Source: the human T2T-CHM13v2.0 reference genome, Homo sapiens
DNA: 64,000 bases
Strand: one strand, 5' to 3'
Assembly (NCBI RefSeq): GCF_009914755.1
Contig: NC_060927.1
Shown here: positions 1 through 11,880 of the stretch, in pieces
Layout of the letters: each line of letters opens with the position of its first letter
Numbering within the stretch: position 1 is the first letter of the stretch
Made by a program: the position numbers and the translations under genes
Notes under the pieces: generated by a model
Databases searched by the model: none
What the model was told of the DNA's origin: nothing
Seen by the model: the letters and a program-made list of their open reading frames with translations, nothing else

Positions 1-762
1 CCATCTTCATATTATATGTAAAATATACTCATGCTTTCAAGATTATTTATCTAAAATGAACTCAATTATTTATCTATATGCATATTCTATTTTCTACTCT
101 ACTGTGAGATAATTTTCAGATTGGTAAAGGGGATTTTTATTGCAATAAAAAGGTTATGATTATCAAATTAAAACCATAAGTCTTTTGTAGCACATGAGTT
201 AGGAAGCTTTTCTTTAAATAAAAGGATTTTTTTTTAGTTCTAAGCAGTATTCCTCACATATATTTTTGTGGTTAAAAAACATTTGCTGTGTCTCAGAAAT
301 CAAACTTAACAAAGTGTTTTGATCACTTATGTGATAATATAATGATGAGTAACTCTTTTACATGAAGATTTAACTCCATAAAAATCAAGGTTTGCTTCTT
401 AAATAGGAACTTGAAATATTCTATCTGAAAAATTACTAATTAGAAACATGATGATTATTTGAATAAACAAAGCTAAGTGTTTAATTCTACTAGTTGCTGA
501 GCCTATCTATTTCAACTTTGCATTATAGCAATGGGAAAGCAGACATAGACGCAGACCAAAACTCCATTTATCACCTGACATCCAAAGCACAGCTACCATC
601 GCTTCAGACTCAGTATCTAATAACCTCATTTCTTTTTGTCAGTACAGTTGCAAGGTAAATGATTTCAGGTCCTTTAAGGAAGGTATCTGGAGATATGTAC
701 TTGTAGTATCGTCATAGGGTCCTTCCTCAAAGTGACAAAGCCCCATTTAAAAAGGGACTCCT

Positions 763-1276
<514 letters not shown>

Positions 1277-1286
1277 GGACTCCTAG

Positions 1287-1400
1287 GGCCTGGTGCAATG
1301 GCTCATGCCTATAATCCCAGCACTTTGGGAGGCCAAGGCAAGAGAATTGCTTGAGGTCAGGAGTTCCAGACTAGCCTGAACAGCATAGCAAGACCCTCTC
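1287..1400 (+). mobile_element. Alu left monomer (FLAM_C/AluJ-like)
   Basis: GGCCTGGTGCAATGGCTCATGCC...TTGCTTGAGGTCAGGAGTT...CATAGCAAGACCC. Flanked by GGACTCCTAG at 1277-1286 and 1447-1456. Confidence 0.88.
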
Positions 1401-1444
1401 TCTCTCTCTCTCTCTCTATCTATATATAGTACATATGTATATAT
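1396..1444. repeat. (CT)n-(TA)n compound microsatellite replacing the Alu monomer tail
   Basis: Directly visible. Confidence 0.9.
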
Positions 1445-1550
1445 GGGGACTCCTAGTGTATAGACTGGTTCATATTTGGGCATTGGGTGAAAAACTATGA
1501 CTATTTATTGTGGTGATTCAGGTCAGGCTTTTGCTCAACAGACTTATGAC

Positions 1551-1590
1551 TTTTGTTTGTTTTATTTTGTTTGTTTGTGTGTGTGTGTGT
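1551..1590. repeat. (TTTG)n/(TG)n microsatellite
   Basis: Directly visible. Confidence 0.85.
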
Positions 1591-2331
1591 AGTTACACAT
1601 ATCAAGTTGTATTTTTAGTCAATTTCCAATCTATTCCAGTCCTAGGTATACCAAGATCAGTAAGCTACTACAGAAAGTGTCTAATGGTCATATCATTCTG
1701 ATCATTGTTCAAGCCTCTCGGCCCTATGGTAACCATCTCCACCCTATGGTAATCATTCCAAGACCTCTACTAAAATCAAGGGTTCCCAGTGGTTTCTTTA
1801 ACAATCATTCAAACATTTACATTACTTGAAATTATATTTGAACACTACTGGTAAATCTCTTTCTGTTGTTTTCTAAATTTAATCATTATCTTTTTAGTAC
1901 ATATGAATTTCTGCACAGCACCAGTGGCTGCAGAGTGCTCTGCAAGTGAGTACAACATAGACCTTCTCCAGCTATGTGCTCACTGACTTCTCAGTTAGTC
2001 AGATTGCCTCTGCTGTACACACAATATTTATCATCAATGAAGTTCTTTGATTCATGTGTGAATATAGAGTACAAGCACATAACCCCATTTTTTTCCCAAT
2101 TCTATAACGGCAAACTATGAAAAACAATGCATTCTTTCCCCTTAAGTTTGGCACCAAGTCACATTTGGTAGCCAACCTTGAACTAATGTTAACATTGATA
2201 GTATTATTTACACTAGTATAAATGTTGAGAAACAATGATGTACAACATCACAGAGTATTAATGGAGTTGTTACATAATATATGATATACACAGAAACTTA
2301 TTGACTTCAAATGTTTCAGATAAAAAATTAG

Positions 2332-2629
2332 GGCTGGGCACGGTGGTTCACCCCTGTAATCCCAGCACTTTGGGAGGCCAAGGCAAGCGGATCACTTGAG
2401 GTTAGGAGTTTGAGACCAGCCTAGCCAACATGGTGAAACTCCATCTCTACTAAAATTACAAAAATTAGCTGGGTGTGGTGGTATGTGGCTGTAATCCCAG
2501 GTATTTGGGAGGCTGAGGCAAGAGAATTGCTTGAACCCAGGAGGAGAAGGCTATAGTGAGCCAAGATCGTGCCACTGCACTCCAGCCTGGGTGACAGAGT
2601 GAGACTCTGTCTCAAAAAACAAACAAACA
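2332..2629 (+). mobile_element. Alu, full-length (AluSx/Sz-like)
   Basis: Dimeric Alu with GGATCACTTGAGGTTAGGAGTTTGAGACCAGCC and an (AAAC)n tail. Confidence 0.93.
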
Positions 2630-3821
2630 GAAGATTATATACCTTTATATTGTTTCTTTCTTGATTTAAATTTGATTATTATTTCCCTATTTTTTACCTA
2701 TCCTAAAAGGTATGCATATTTATTATTTGCAAAGAATTTTTGTGAAATAAAACCGCATTGATTTTGTTCGTCTTCTAATTTTCTACTTTTGGTGGCTGAC
2801 TGATTTATTCATTCTTATGAGACTTATTTTTTTGAGACTTATTTTTTTATAGAAATTGTCAAAAAATCTTTATTTTTTAATGTAATGAATATACTTAATT
2901 TGTTGATAATGAACCATTTTTGCCATTCAGGATTTTGACTATTAAATAAGAAATCATTTTAGTACTTTGCATTTTGTTTATCTTATGATTACATTTTAAA
3001 ACTTGTATACGGTTTGCTTTAAAGCATTTTTAAGAACATAAATTATCTCTTCTGTTTTTTGTGGGGTTTTTTGTAAGAATCAATTAATTTTTGTAAGAAA
3101 CTGAAGCCATAAGGCCTACAGTCTTTTTAAGTAATTTATTTTCAACAATTTTTTGAATAATTATTTTCCATAATTGTTTTCTCCTGGCTGAAAGTCTTAT
3201 TTGTCACTGGAAATCATATCTTTTTTTTTTTCACATTCAAACTAAGCCAACTGTGCTAGCATCTTTATAAAAATACTCAGTAATTAGGCCTTATATTTTG
3301 TCTTCAAGAAATTTGGTTCTCCATACTAGGCCACAGTTAATCAACCTAATGTGGAATAAGAATGAAATAAACGTATTTTTCCTATTTGAAAACACTGTCA
3401 CCTCTGGTTCTTCTCTGATCTTTCCCAAGGAACAGTTACAGCCAGCAGTATCCCTGTTGCAGTCACTTCTGAGCTGTGGGGCTGTGGTGTCCTCCTGTGG
3501 ACAGTGTCTGTGGACAGTGCCACTGAGGAGTGTGAATGCTACCCCGTGTTCTCTGCATCACTTCCACCTCACAGTCTCTTAGCACTAAACTATGAGCTTA
3601 GGCAATGGAATCCTGCTCTGTCACCTCACTCCACCTTCCTGCTCCTGCCTGTGAAAGTTCTCATAGGCCTCCCGATGTTTTCTTTTACATTTGACAAACA
3701 AGAAAATTGTAGAATTAATGCCAGGATATGACATATCTTGCAGTGAAATCTGAAGGAAGTCAATGCTTTCTCATCTCTATCCCAAGACTTCTTCTCCCAT
3801 GAGGGGTATAGACACTGCATC

Positions 3822-4500
3822 TGTAGTGGTGAAAGGCTATTTCTTTCTACCCTCTGAAAGTTTGATATCTGGAATAAACTTGACAGAAGACAGACCAACA
3901 GGAGACTAGACATACAGATTTATTACATGTTTATTTACTGTGGTTCCACAAAGTATGAGACTTTAAGAAGGATCAGATGATTGAAGCTTAAGCAGCATTT
4001 TAAGCTACAGGGGGGAAAAAATCAGTGTTTTAAGTCTCCTGGAGGATGGTGGCAACAGCTACGGAAGGGTGAGGAGAGGACCTGCACTGCTAACAAAGAT
4101 TGTCTTATTATGTAGATTAAGTCTGTCAGATTAGAGCCCTCAGAATAGGCAAAAAGTTTGTCCTGGCGTGATGAGCGCATCACAAGTGTATTGAGAACTT
4201 CAATCTCCCTTCCTGTGATACAAATTAACCTTTTCTGGTTCATATAGATTCCAGGGAGGAGTTTCATTAAAATTGCATTCTTTCTGGAGGAACTCCCCTT
4301 AGACAGATAAAGAAACTTCAGAGAAAGCACCAACCTGTGCTTTGGGAGAGGGAGATAGTGAGCAATGGTGGAGAAGGGGAGGGAAGGAGACAGGAGAAGC
4401 TCAGACATCTAGACCTTGGTTCTCTGGCTACTTCTTTAGTGCAAAGTGCTCAGCATGTCAAAGTGACATACTTTGGGGTATTGCTTTGTGCACCCCACCA
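3822..4500 (-). mobile_element. ERV1 solo LTR (MER31/MER34/LTR48-like group)
   Basis: Minus strand starts TGGTGGGGTGCACAAAGCAATACCCCAAAGTATG and ends AATAAATCTGTATG...CACTACA, giving TG...CA termini and a polyA signal. Confidence 0.75.
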
Positions 4501-4827
4501 AGTCTCAGGACATCTCTCTTCCTTCTCTTTTGGGAAAGATGGGAGTGCGAGGTAAGTAACAGAAGATTGAGCTCAATCTTCTGTATATTATTTCATTATA
4601 GCAATTTTTGTCACGACCCATCTAATATGTAGTGGGTAAAGAAGTGATGGGCTTTCAACCAATATTCATGCTGTCTTGATCCCCAAACTTTTCTCTAAAT
4701 AATGAACACATTAATTTCCCAACCCTGCAAATGACTGCTTTTTCTAGGGATGGAGAATTTCATCTAGCTCAGCAGTTTAAAGGGCATATTAAAGAGCACT
4801 TTTTGTTATACCCCCTCATTGTCCTAC

Positions 4828-5309
4828 TGCAGGGTCCCGCAGGTCCCCCTGCTTTCTTTCCGTGTCCTGACAAAATCACAGAATGCCTTGGCTGTTCTGT
4901 GACCCAGCCAGAGGCAGGTTTTTCCCAGCTGGCTTGAACTCAAATACGGCTTTTGAACATTCCCAGGCACTGATAAAAAGTATGGAGGTTTACCACTAAG
5001 GAACTGGCCCTGGCTGTGAGCAAATTCCTTAAACCTTCCTATAAATTCCATCCCTTGATGCTTTTGCTGCAGACGTGGGTAGGTCAAACATCCTTTTTCT
5101 GTCCTTGTCCTGCTGAAGGACTGCTGCAGCCCACTCTGCAGCTCAGTTTTCCGAATAAATGCTTTGAACTGATTACCCTGGTATTTAGTGTTTCTTTCTT
5201 TGGAACCCAGCTGGTCCCATCTTGGGATGGTTTGGGGCACTTGTTTGTAAGAATTCCCGTGCTGCTGATTTTGGAGTGCCTCCAGCCTCAGGTTTTTCAG
5301 GAGAAAACA
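4828..5309 (+). mobile_element. ERVL-class solo LTR (MER73/MER54/MER74 group)
   Basis: TGCAGGGTCC...AAAACA termini, TTGAACATTCCCAGGCACTGATAAA core, TATAAA and AATAAA motifs. Confidence 0.7.
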
Positions 5310-5428
5310 CCAGTCACCCTGTGCTTTGTCACAAAGCAGCCATTTTATCCTACAGACAGCAGTACTTTCAGGTTTTACAAGCTCTCTGAGTTTTGTTTGC
5401 TTTCAGTCTCTGGCTTATAATTATACAG

Positions 5429-5468
5429 ACACACACACATGTTTGTGTGTGTACATGTGTGTGTGTGT
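5429..5468. repeat. Inverted (CA)n/(TG)n tract
   Basis: ACACACACACATGT (5429-5442) is the reverse complement of ACATGTGTGTGTGT (5453-5466). Confidence 0.85.
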
Positions 5469-7587
5469 TCTATAAAAAAAATCTGCATCAAATAAAAACT
5501 TTTCTGTCTCAAAAGCTTTACCCTACTTCCTGTTATTGTTCTTCATCTTTAAGCATCTGTTATCAAGCAAGTAATGCAAGCAGAGAGACATTGAACACAC
5601 AGCAGGTTAAGTGTTTATTTGCTTTCTCATTTAAAAGTGAGACTGCATGGGGTAAAGCGCAGAATGGCCACAGCTCTTGCTGTCCAACATTCAGGAGGTG
5701 TGAGCCAATGTGCTCCTGTTGAACTCAATTGCATAACGCTGTAACATTTCACAGTATTTAGGGTTGTGTTAAGTATCTTTAATTCAAAGTAGAGAGGGGC
5801 TGTCCCTAGAAACAGAGTGGATGCTGTGCAAGGAGCCATCAGCCTGTGACCTAGATTTCAGAGTCAGGGGGCCTCCTGCCACACGCAGTCTGTTAACAGT
5901 GCCCACAGGGAAAATACAAACAAGAAACACCTGAGGTTCAAACACAAGCACTAAATGGAGACACTTACATCCCTGACTTCTTCATTTTAAAAAGAGATTT
6001 TTATTGTAAGAATTACAGGTAAATGTACTGGGGCCTGAACAAGAGAGGACCAATTTAACACTTCCAAAGGGACATCAGCCCTGACGGAAAGAAGAAAACA
6101 CAGAATGAAGTGTTCTCCACAGGATCTCTTAATGGGTCACCAGTCTGTGAGGTCACAACCACGTAGGGAAAAACTTACATTTTCTCACTAATGTAAGAAG
6201 CAAAGAAGAGGCAAAAAAGGGAAAAGAGTTGATTAATTTTCTGGTTGGAATTGACTTTGCTGCTTCTGTGAGAACATGATGAGGAAGGCAGTAGGATGTA
6301 TAATAAATCTAGCCCGGCTCCACCGGCTGGGAGACAATATTGCTATGCTAACAGTTCTGGGGTCATAATCCCATAATTCAGTGGTTTCACTCCAATGCAT
6401 GTTCCACATCTTTTCCCACTGTGCTCATTTACAGTCCCAAACAGTTTCTTCCTGTCACTTCCCATTCGTGTCGCCTATTTCCATGTTTTTTCTTTTCTTT
6501 AGAGATAGGCCCTGTCACAACCCATCTTACTTCTGACTCATTGTCATCTTTCCTTGAGCTGTTCCAACCCCTTTTTTCTGCTGTCTCACTCAGTTGCCAT
6601 CACCTAAAGGTTAATGAGGCAAACCTTCTCCTGGGTGAAAATGCTCCGTAGGGACTTTCTACAGCTTGGGAATCATGACCATCATCTTTTTTCTGTGTTT
6701 ATGGCACACTTCAATTTCAGGGATGTAAGCTGTTTAGGTTTTTTTTTTTAAGTTATAGGAATCAAAAGGATGAAATTAGCCTTTAAAAATCTAAAATATT
6801 CAGAGACTCTCTGTGAACTGCTTCTTTTATTTCCCTTTGCTCCTTTGCTGTAATAATATTGGTGGTAGTCTGTGTGTGCTTGTGTATGCAGGAGGGCCAA
6901 AAGGTTGGAAGGATGACTAGAGGCTGTACTTGCTCCTGTCATAATCATTTAACATGTGTTAAGGAATATTTTAGGAAAGAGTCAACATCATAGATTTTAG
7001 TTAACTCTGCATTTGAGTTTGCAATAGAAAGTTTCCAAATCCTGATTTGTTCTCTCTCCACTAGGTTTTTAATGAAAGCCATTAAAACTGTCTTCTCATG
7101 ACTATGGACACAGGATTGTAGTTAATGTTACAGTGTAGTTAGTGTTATATACTCTGTCCCTGGAAGCTTATAATGCTTATCATAGAATAATTTCATTTAA
7201 GATAGATTTCCCCAAATCTGAACTGATCAAATTTATTTTATGATTGAAAATTTCTAAATGCATACACTCAAAAAAAAAACCTTATGTATTAGTTGTTGTT
7301 TGTGGATTTATTGTTACCATTAAGAAATTTGAATGTGTGTCTGTGGGTGTCTGTGTCATATAAGTATATAGTATCAACAATATATTTTTTAAAATATGTG
7401 AACTAACATTGTTTTAGAATGCAACATAGAAGTTATATACTACTTACTACAATTATTTTCCCCTACTAAAGTCTTAGGATTCCTTGAGTGGTTATCCTTC
7501 TTATCCAACATTATATTAAAAACTCAGCTATTTATAATATTATTTCATTTATACAGACATCCAGATATTTTATTATAAGGGCTACTG

Positions 7588-7825
7588 TTATTAAGAGTGT
7601 GGATACTGGACCTAGATTTTCTGGGCTCAAATCCTGGTTTCTCCACTTATTAGCTGTGTTACCTTATCACATTACTCAATTTCCCTTTGCTTTAGTTTTC
7701 TAATCTTAAAACAAAACAGATAAAATTTATATTTGCCTCTAAGAGTTTTTACAAAATTTAAATGTGTTAACACATGTTAAATAACTAAGGGTAAGTTTTC
7801 CATAAGTGCTAGGTATTATTATTAC
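7588..7825 (+). mobile_element. MIR SINE
   Basis: CTGGGCTCAAATCCTGG...CACTTATTAGCTGTGTTACCTT core-SINE motif and a TATTATTATT end. Confidence 0.8.
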
Positions 7826-10149
7826 TTTTACTATTACAGCCTCTATATGTAAGCCTAATTTGTATTTTCAAGGTCTCATTTATTTTTTCTTGTAGCTCTT
7901 GCATGAGGCTACATATTTTCTTTTGTCTGGTATTTAGTTAAACACAGAGATACTATTGCCATTTATTATGAAATCAATGTCATGGCTTTGAAGTGATATT
8001 TAATTTCCCATAGTCTTTCCTTTTAACGTAAGATGTTTACATCTCATACAATCTTCCCATATAGCTCTCGACATCCATCGCCATATCTGATGGCAAAGTT
8101 TTCCGAATGTGGTGTTACAATTATTGTACCCTCTATCTGTAGAGTTTAAGTAATTTATTTATTTATCAGTATTATTTATTTATATTTTAAAATTGTAATT
8201 ATTTTATTTATATATTATTATTTATGCATTGCTATTCTTTAATATTACTTATTTATTAATAACTGTCTAATAATATAAATAGTGATGATTGATGCCCCTG
8301 AAGCAAAGTAGAGTACTGGCCAGAAAGATAGGAGAGGATCCTTACCTCAGTGAAAGAATGGCATCTCCCCTCACGGTGTTTACGAGCTAATTCTATGCTA
8401 GTATTATTTTTTTTAAGTAGATGAAGCTAATTTTGAAAGTTTGGGTTTTAAAATGTTACTGAGCCTTCAGAGAAGATCTGTAATGGAAAGAGGCTAAGAG
8501 GAAAGGAATTTCATTTTCCCATAATAGCTTTTGTTTATTCATGTCTCTATCCCTGCCTTTTCTAATCTTTTAAAAATAAGCCTTAGAAAACAAAAAGTTG
8601 GAGGCACATGGAAATAGGCTTTATAATTTTACCTTTTTATAATTCTGAAGCTACAACTGACCCTCCTCAATATGGTCTTCCTTTTTAACATTAATTACCT
8701 TGTTATCTGAGAGATGCAGCAGCTCTCCCCTGTCTGCTTAGGAAGAGTGCCAGCAGGGCAACAGTTGGAAGTGAATTACCATGATTGTTTGGGGCTTTAG
8801 AAAGCCCTCTCCACTGTCTATTCTTCTTAGACTCCTGCTAGAGTCACTTGGGTATGTTTTTTAATTCAGTATTCCTGTGTCCACTGTCCAGTAAACGTAT
8901 GTTTATACTGTATGTATATAACCAATTATACTGTGGCTAGGGCCAATGTCTCTTCTGGATTCTTCACATGCCAATGATTAGAAAACCTGGTGTAGGACTC
9001 CTGGGCATGCCCTCAGTCAAGAGGTGAGGCGAAAGGTATATTCCATTTGCCTACATATTTTGCTCTTTCAGATGATTGTTTATGACCACTGGGGTGAGCA
9101 GGCATTTTGCTTTGTGTTCCTCAACATTAATGTTTTTTCTACTCAGCAGAGACTAGTGCTTATGAGCAAGAAAGTTAAGATTCAGGACCATTATAAGGGT
9201 ATTGAAGTGAACACATCCAGTCTATTTACTTAGTTTGATTATTTTGACTGTATCCATTTGTCACTTCAGCTTAAGTCCAGTTTGGCCAATTTGATTAAAT
9301 TGACTGGTTCTTTCACTGAAGTGACCAGTCAATGCTAACAAATTGGTTGTGTTTGTAGAAACTCATTAGGTTTTATCTCTTGCATTGTGTCTGCAATAGA
9401 TACGGAATCAAGAATTTGACACGGACTTTGCTTTTAGTTCTTATGGCAAAGGGTGTGGAGAAAGGATCGTGTCTGGAATTTTATAGATTTGCGATGGGAA
9501 AAATACCATTATTGATTTAGACTACGAGCTAGCTCCCAGGTATTAATTATTATCAAGGCACTCATGTTGTGATTACATTGTGCTTTCTTGAAAAGTCTTT
9601 TTTTTTTTTTTTTTTTTAATAAACACTTGGTATTACTCTCTCCTTACTTTGAGCACCCAGGTAGTCAATTAATGTGTGACCTGGAGGAAAGTAATATCTC
9701 CAGCAAGTGTCATGCAAATTGTTTCTTGGAAAAGAAGAAACTGCTTTCTTGCCAAGAGGAACAGTGCTGACCATCAACATGATTCTGGTATTTGAGTTTC
9801 ATTTATTTCAAACTTCTTGTTTCCTATCCCAAGGGCCACATATCTTCAAGGCTTCTGCATGTCGGCTGTGTAATTGCTGTAATAATAATCTGGTGTAGCT
9901 TTCTACTATCCAGCAAAATAATTTTCTGGCATTTTTGTTTGTGACCAAGCAACAGTTTTAGCTACTAGTTGTATTAATCACAAAAAAAATTATGAGAATA
10001 AATTAGAAGATGAGTCTATCACCATCTTTTTGTGCTATTTTTATTTGAAATAAAATATATTCTTTTCAATGCTTGTTGCCTGGCACCATAAGGCATGCTC
10101 TGTTACCAAGGAATGCAATGGGAGCGTGTAGGAGAATCCGTGGTATATC

Positions 10150-10280
10150 TACTAGGAATCTCTGACTGCAGACAAGGGAATCTAAAGCCGACTAATTTAA
10201 GCAATGGGAAATTTCGTGGGTTAATTTATGGTGCTCACGGCAATAATGGGATGCTGAGTAAACAAGGCAGGAAGCAGGGC
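10150..10280 (-). mobile_element. Old MaLR/ERVL LTR fragment (MLT1-like)
   Basis: Degenerate match to the recalled LTR 3' end (reverse strand), GACTAATTTAAGCAATGGGAAATTT...GCTCACGG. Confidence 0.4.
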
Positions 10281-10630
10281 AGATTCCATTACTCATTTTT
10301 ATATGTCTACCTCCTTAAAAATTAAGAAGGCATTACCTTTGTATATAAAAAAGAAAGTTTCAATTGGATTTTACCCTGACCCATAATCTTAGTCTCAGGA
10401 GAGGAATCTCAAAGCCCTGAACATGCTTTCTTAGAACGTCAACCCCCATTAAATCTGGGCTTTTAAGTGACAGCAAGATCATTCTGCTATCTATCTTCAA
10501 GATCCTAGTAGTGTTTATCTGATTGAATATGTCCACTTTAGAGAAGCATGTCTGTAATACATGATATTACCTAGGAATTGCATTTGTTAGCATCTGTCTA
10601 TTGGGTTTCTGAACATTCTATTCACTGAGA

Positions 10631-10665
10631 AAAACAACAAACAAACAAACAAACAAACAAACAAA
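10631..10665. repeat. (AAAC)n microsatellite
   Basis: Directly visible. Confidence 0.9.
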
Positions 10666-11769
10666 GTAGATTCTAAGCCAAAAAAGGAACACACTGTTAA
10701 CTGGAAACTTTCAAACATAAATGATAGGATTACCAAAAAAATGGTCAACTCCTATTGTTGCAGTAGCATGCATTAGCAGGAGGGTGGCATGAGTGTGAAG
10801 CTTTGGTTGATCCTGGGCAAGGCTGTGAGGATATGAGTAAGAATGCTGGTAGAAGAATAAAAGCTGACTCCAGCCTTTGACTTAGGCTGAAGGGCAGATG
10901 GTGACGACTACATGAGGGAGAGAAGGATTGGGAAAGAAGAGGCTGACTACCACTCAAGGTCACTCAGAGTGACCGTTCCTTACTTTTAATAAACTCTCTT
11001 AATAACTAATCATCATCAAGTATTCTGACTCCTCTGACAATTCTGGTTTTGTCTTAAGTGTCTTGTTTTTGTTTATTGCTGCATTAAGTCTTAAATATTT
11101 TATATTTCTGTTGGGGTTTGTCCTATTTTCTTCTCAGGGTGAGGTGTCAGTAGCAAACCAGATCTCACCAATGCCCTTGTGCTTCCACTGCACTGTGGCT
11201 GCTGCTTCCATCACACCAGGATATCACAGTGTCCTAGTTTAGAATTCACATATTTAATGATACATTTTGGCAGTGCTGCATCGTATTTTTTTATTCAGGT
11301 ATAGAAATACAAATAAATGCTTGACAAGGGCTGAAAAAGTCTGCTTAACATTAAAGCCAATGTAATTAGAGAAACAAAGTTTTTTGAAGAAAGTAGTGTT
11401 AATTAAATCTGAAGTTTCATTTCTAGAACATGTTCTACATTAAAAATGCTTGTAAAAAAAGAAGAGTTTTTTTCAATATAAATGAATTTTTACACTAGTT
11501 TTCCCTTTTCCTTCTTTTTCTTGTTCTGAATCAATTGTCAATGCCTTTAAGGCATAGTTTGCCTCATAGAAGATCAGAGACAAGTATATTCATCCATTTC
11601 TGTATTCAGTAAAAATAAAATTTCATTCAAAATGAGGTGTCAGTAACCTATTTCTGTATGGCTGTGTTTGTTTCAGAGAGACCTCCAAAATAACCACAGA
11701 GATGTAGTTAACTAATAATATTGATTGGTTATTCTCTTGTCTGCCTGCTGAATTAAGAATTTATCTGAT

Positions 11770-11880
11770 CTATCCAATAGTGTTTGTTGAGTTTCTACAT
11801 ACCCAACACTGAACTAGATACTATAGAAGAATAAATAGAGATATCAGACTTACCTCTGGTCATTGAATGATTCACAAGTC
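11770..11880 (-). mobile_element. L2 3' fragment
   Basis: TGTTTGTTGAGTTTCTACATACCCAACACTGAACTAGATACT resembles the reverse complement of the L2 3' end. Confidence 0.55.

Noticed and set aside
643-654. Plus-strand 12-nt microexon-like signal (GTCAG|TACAGTTGCAAG|GTAAAT)
   Set aside because: Weak donor and no other support. Similar chance patterns occur near 4540 and 9072.
2800-3250. Possible antisense old L1M fragment
   Set aside because: Similarity too faint to call by eye.
4022-5420. Longest ORFs in the track (128, 138 and 134 aa)
   Set aside because: They lie in LTR sequence and show no recognisable domain.
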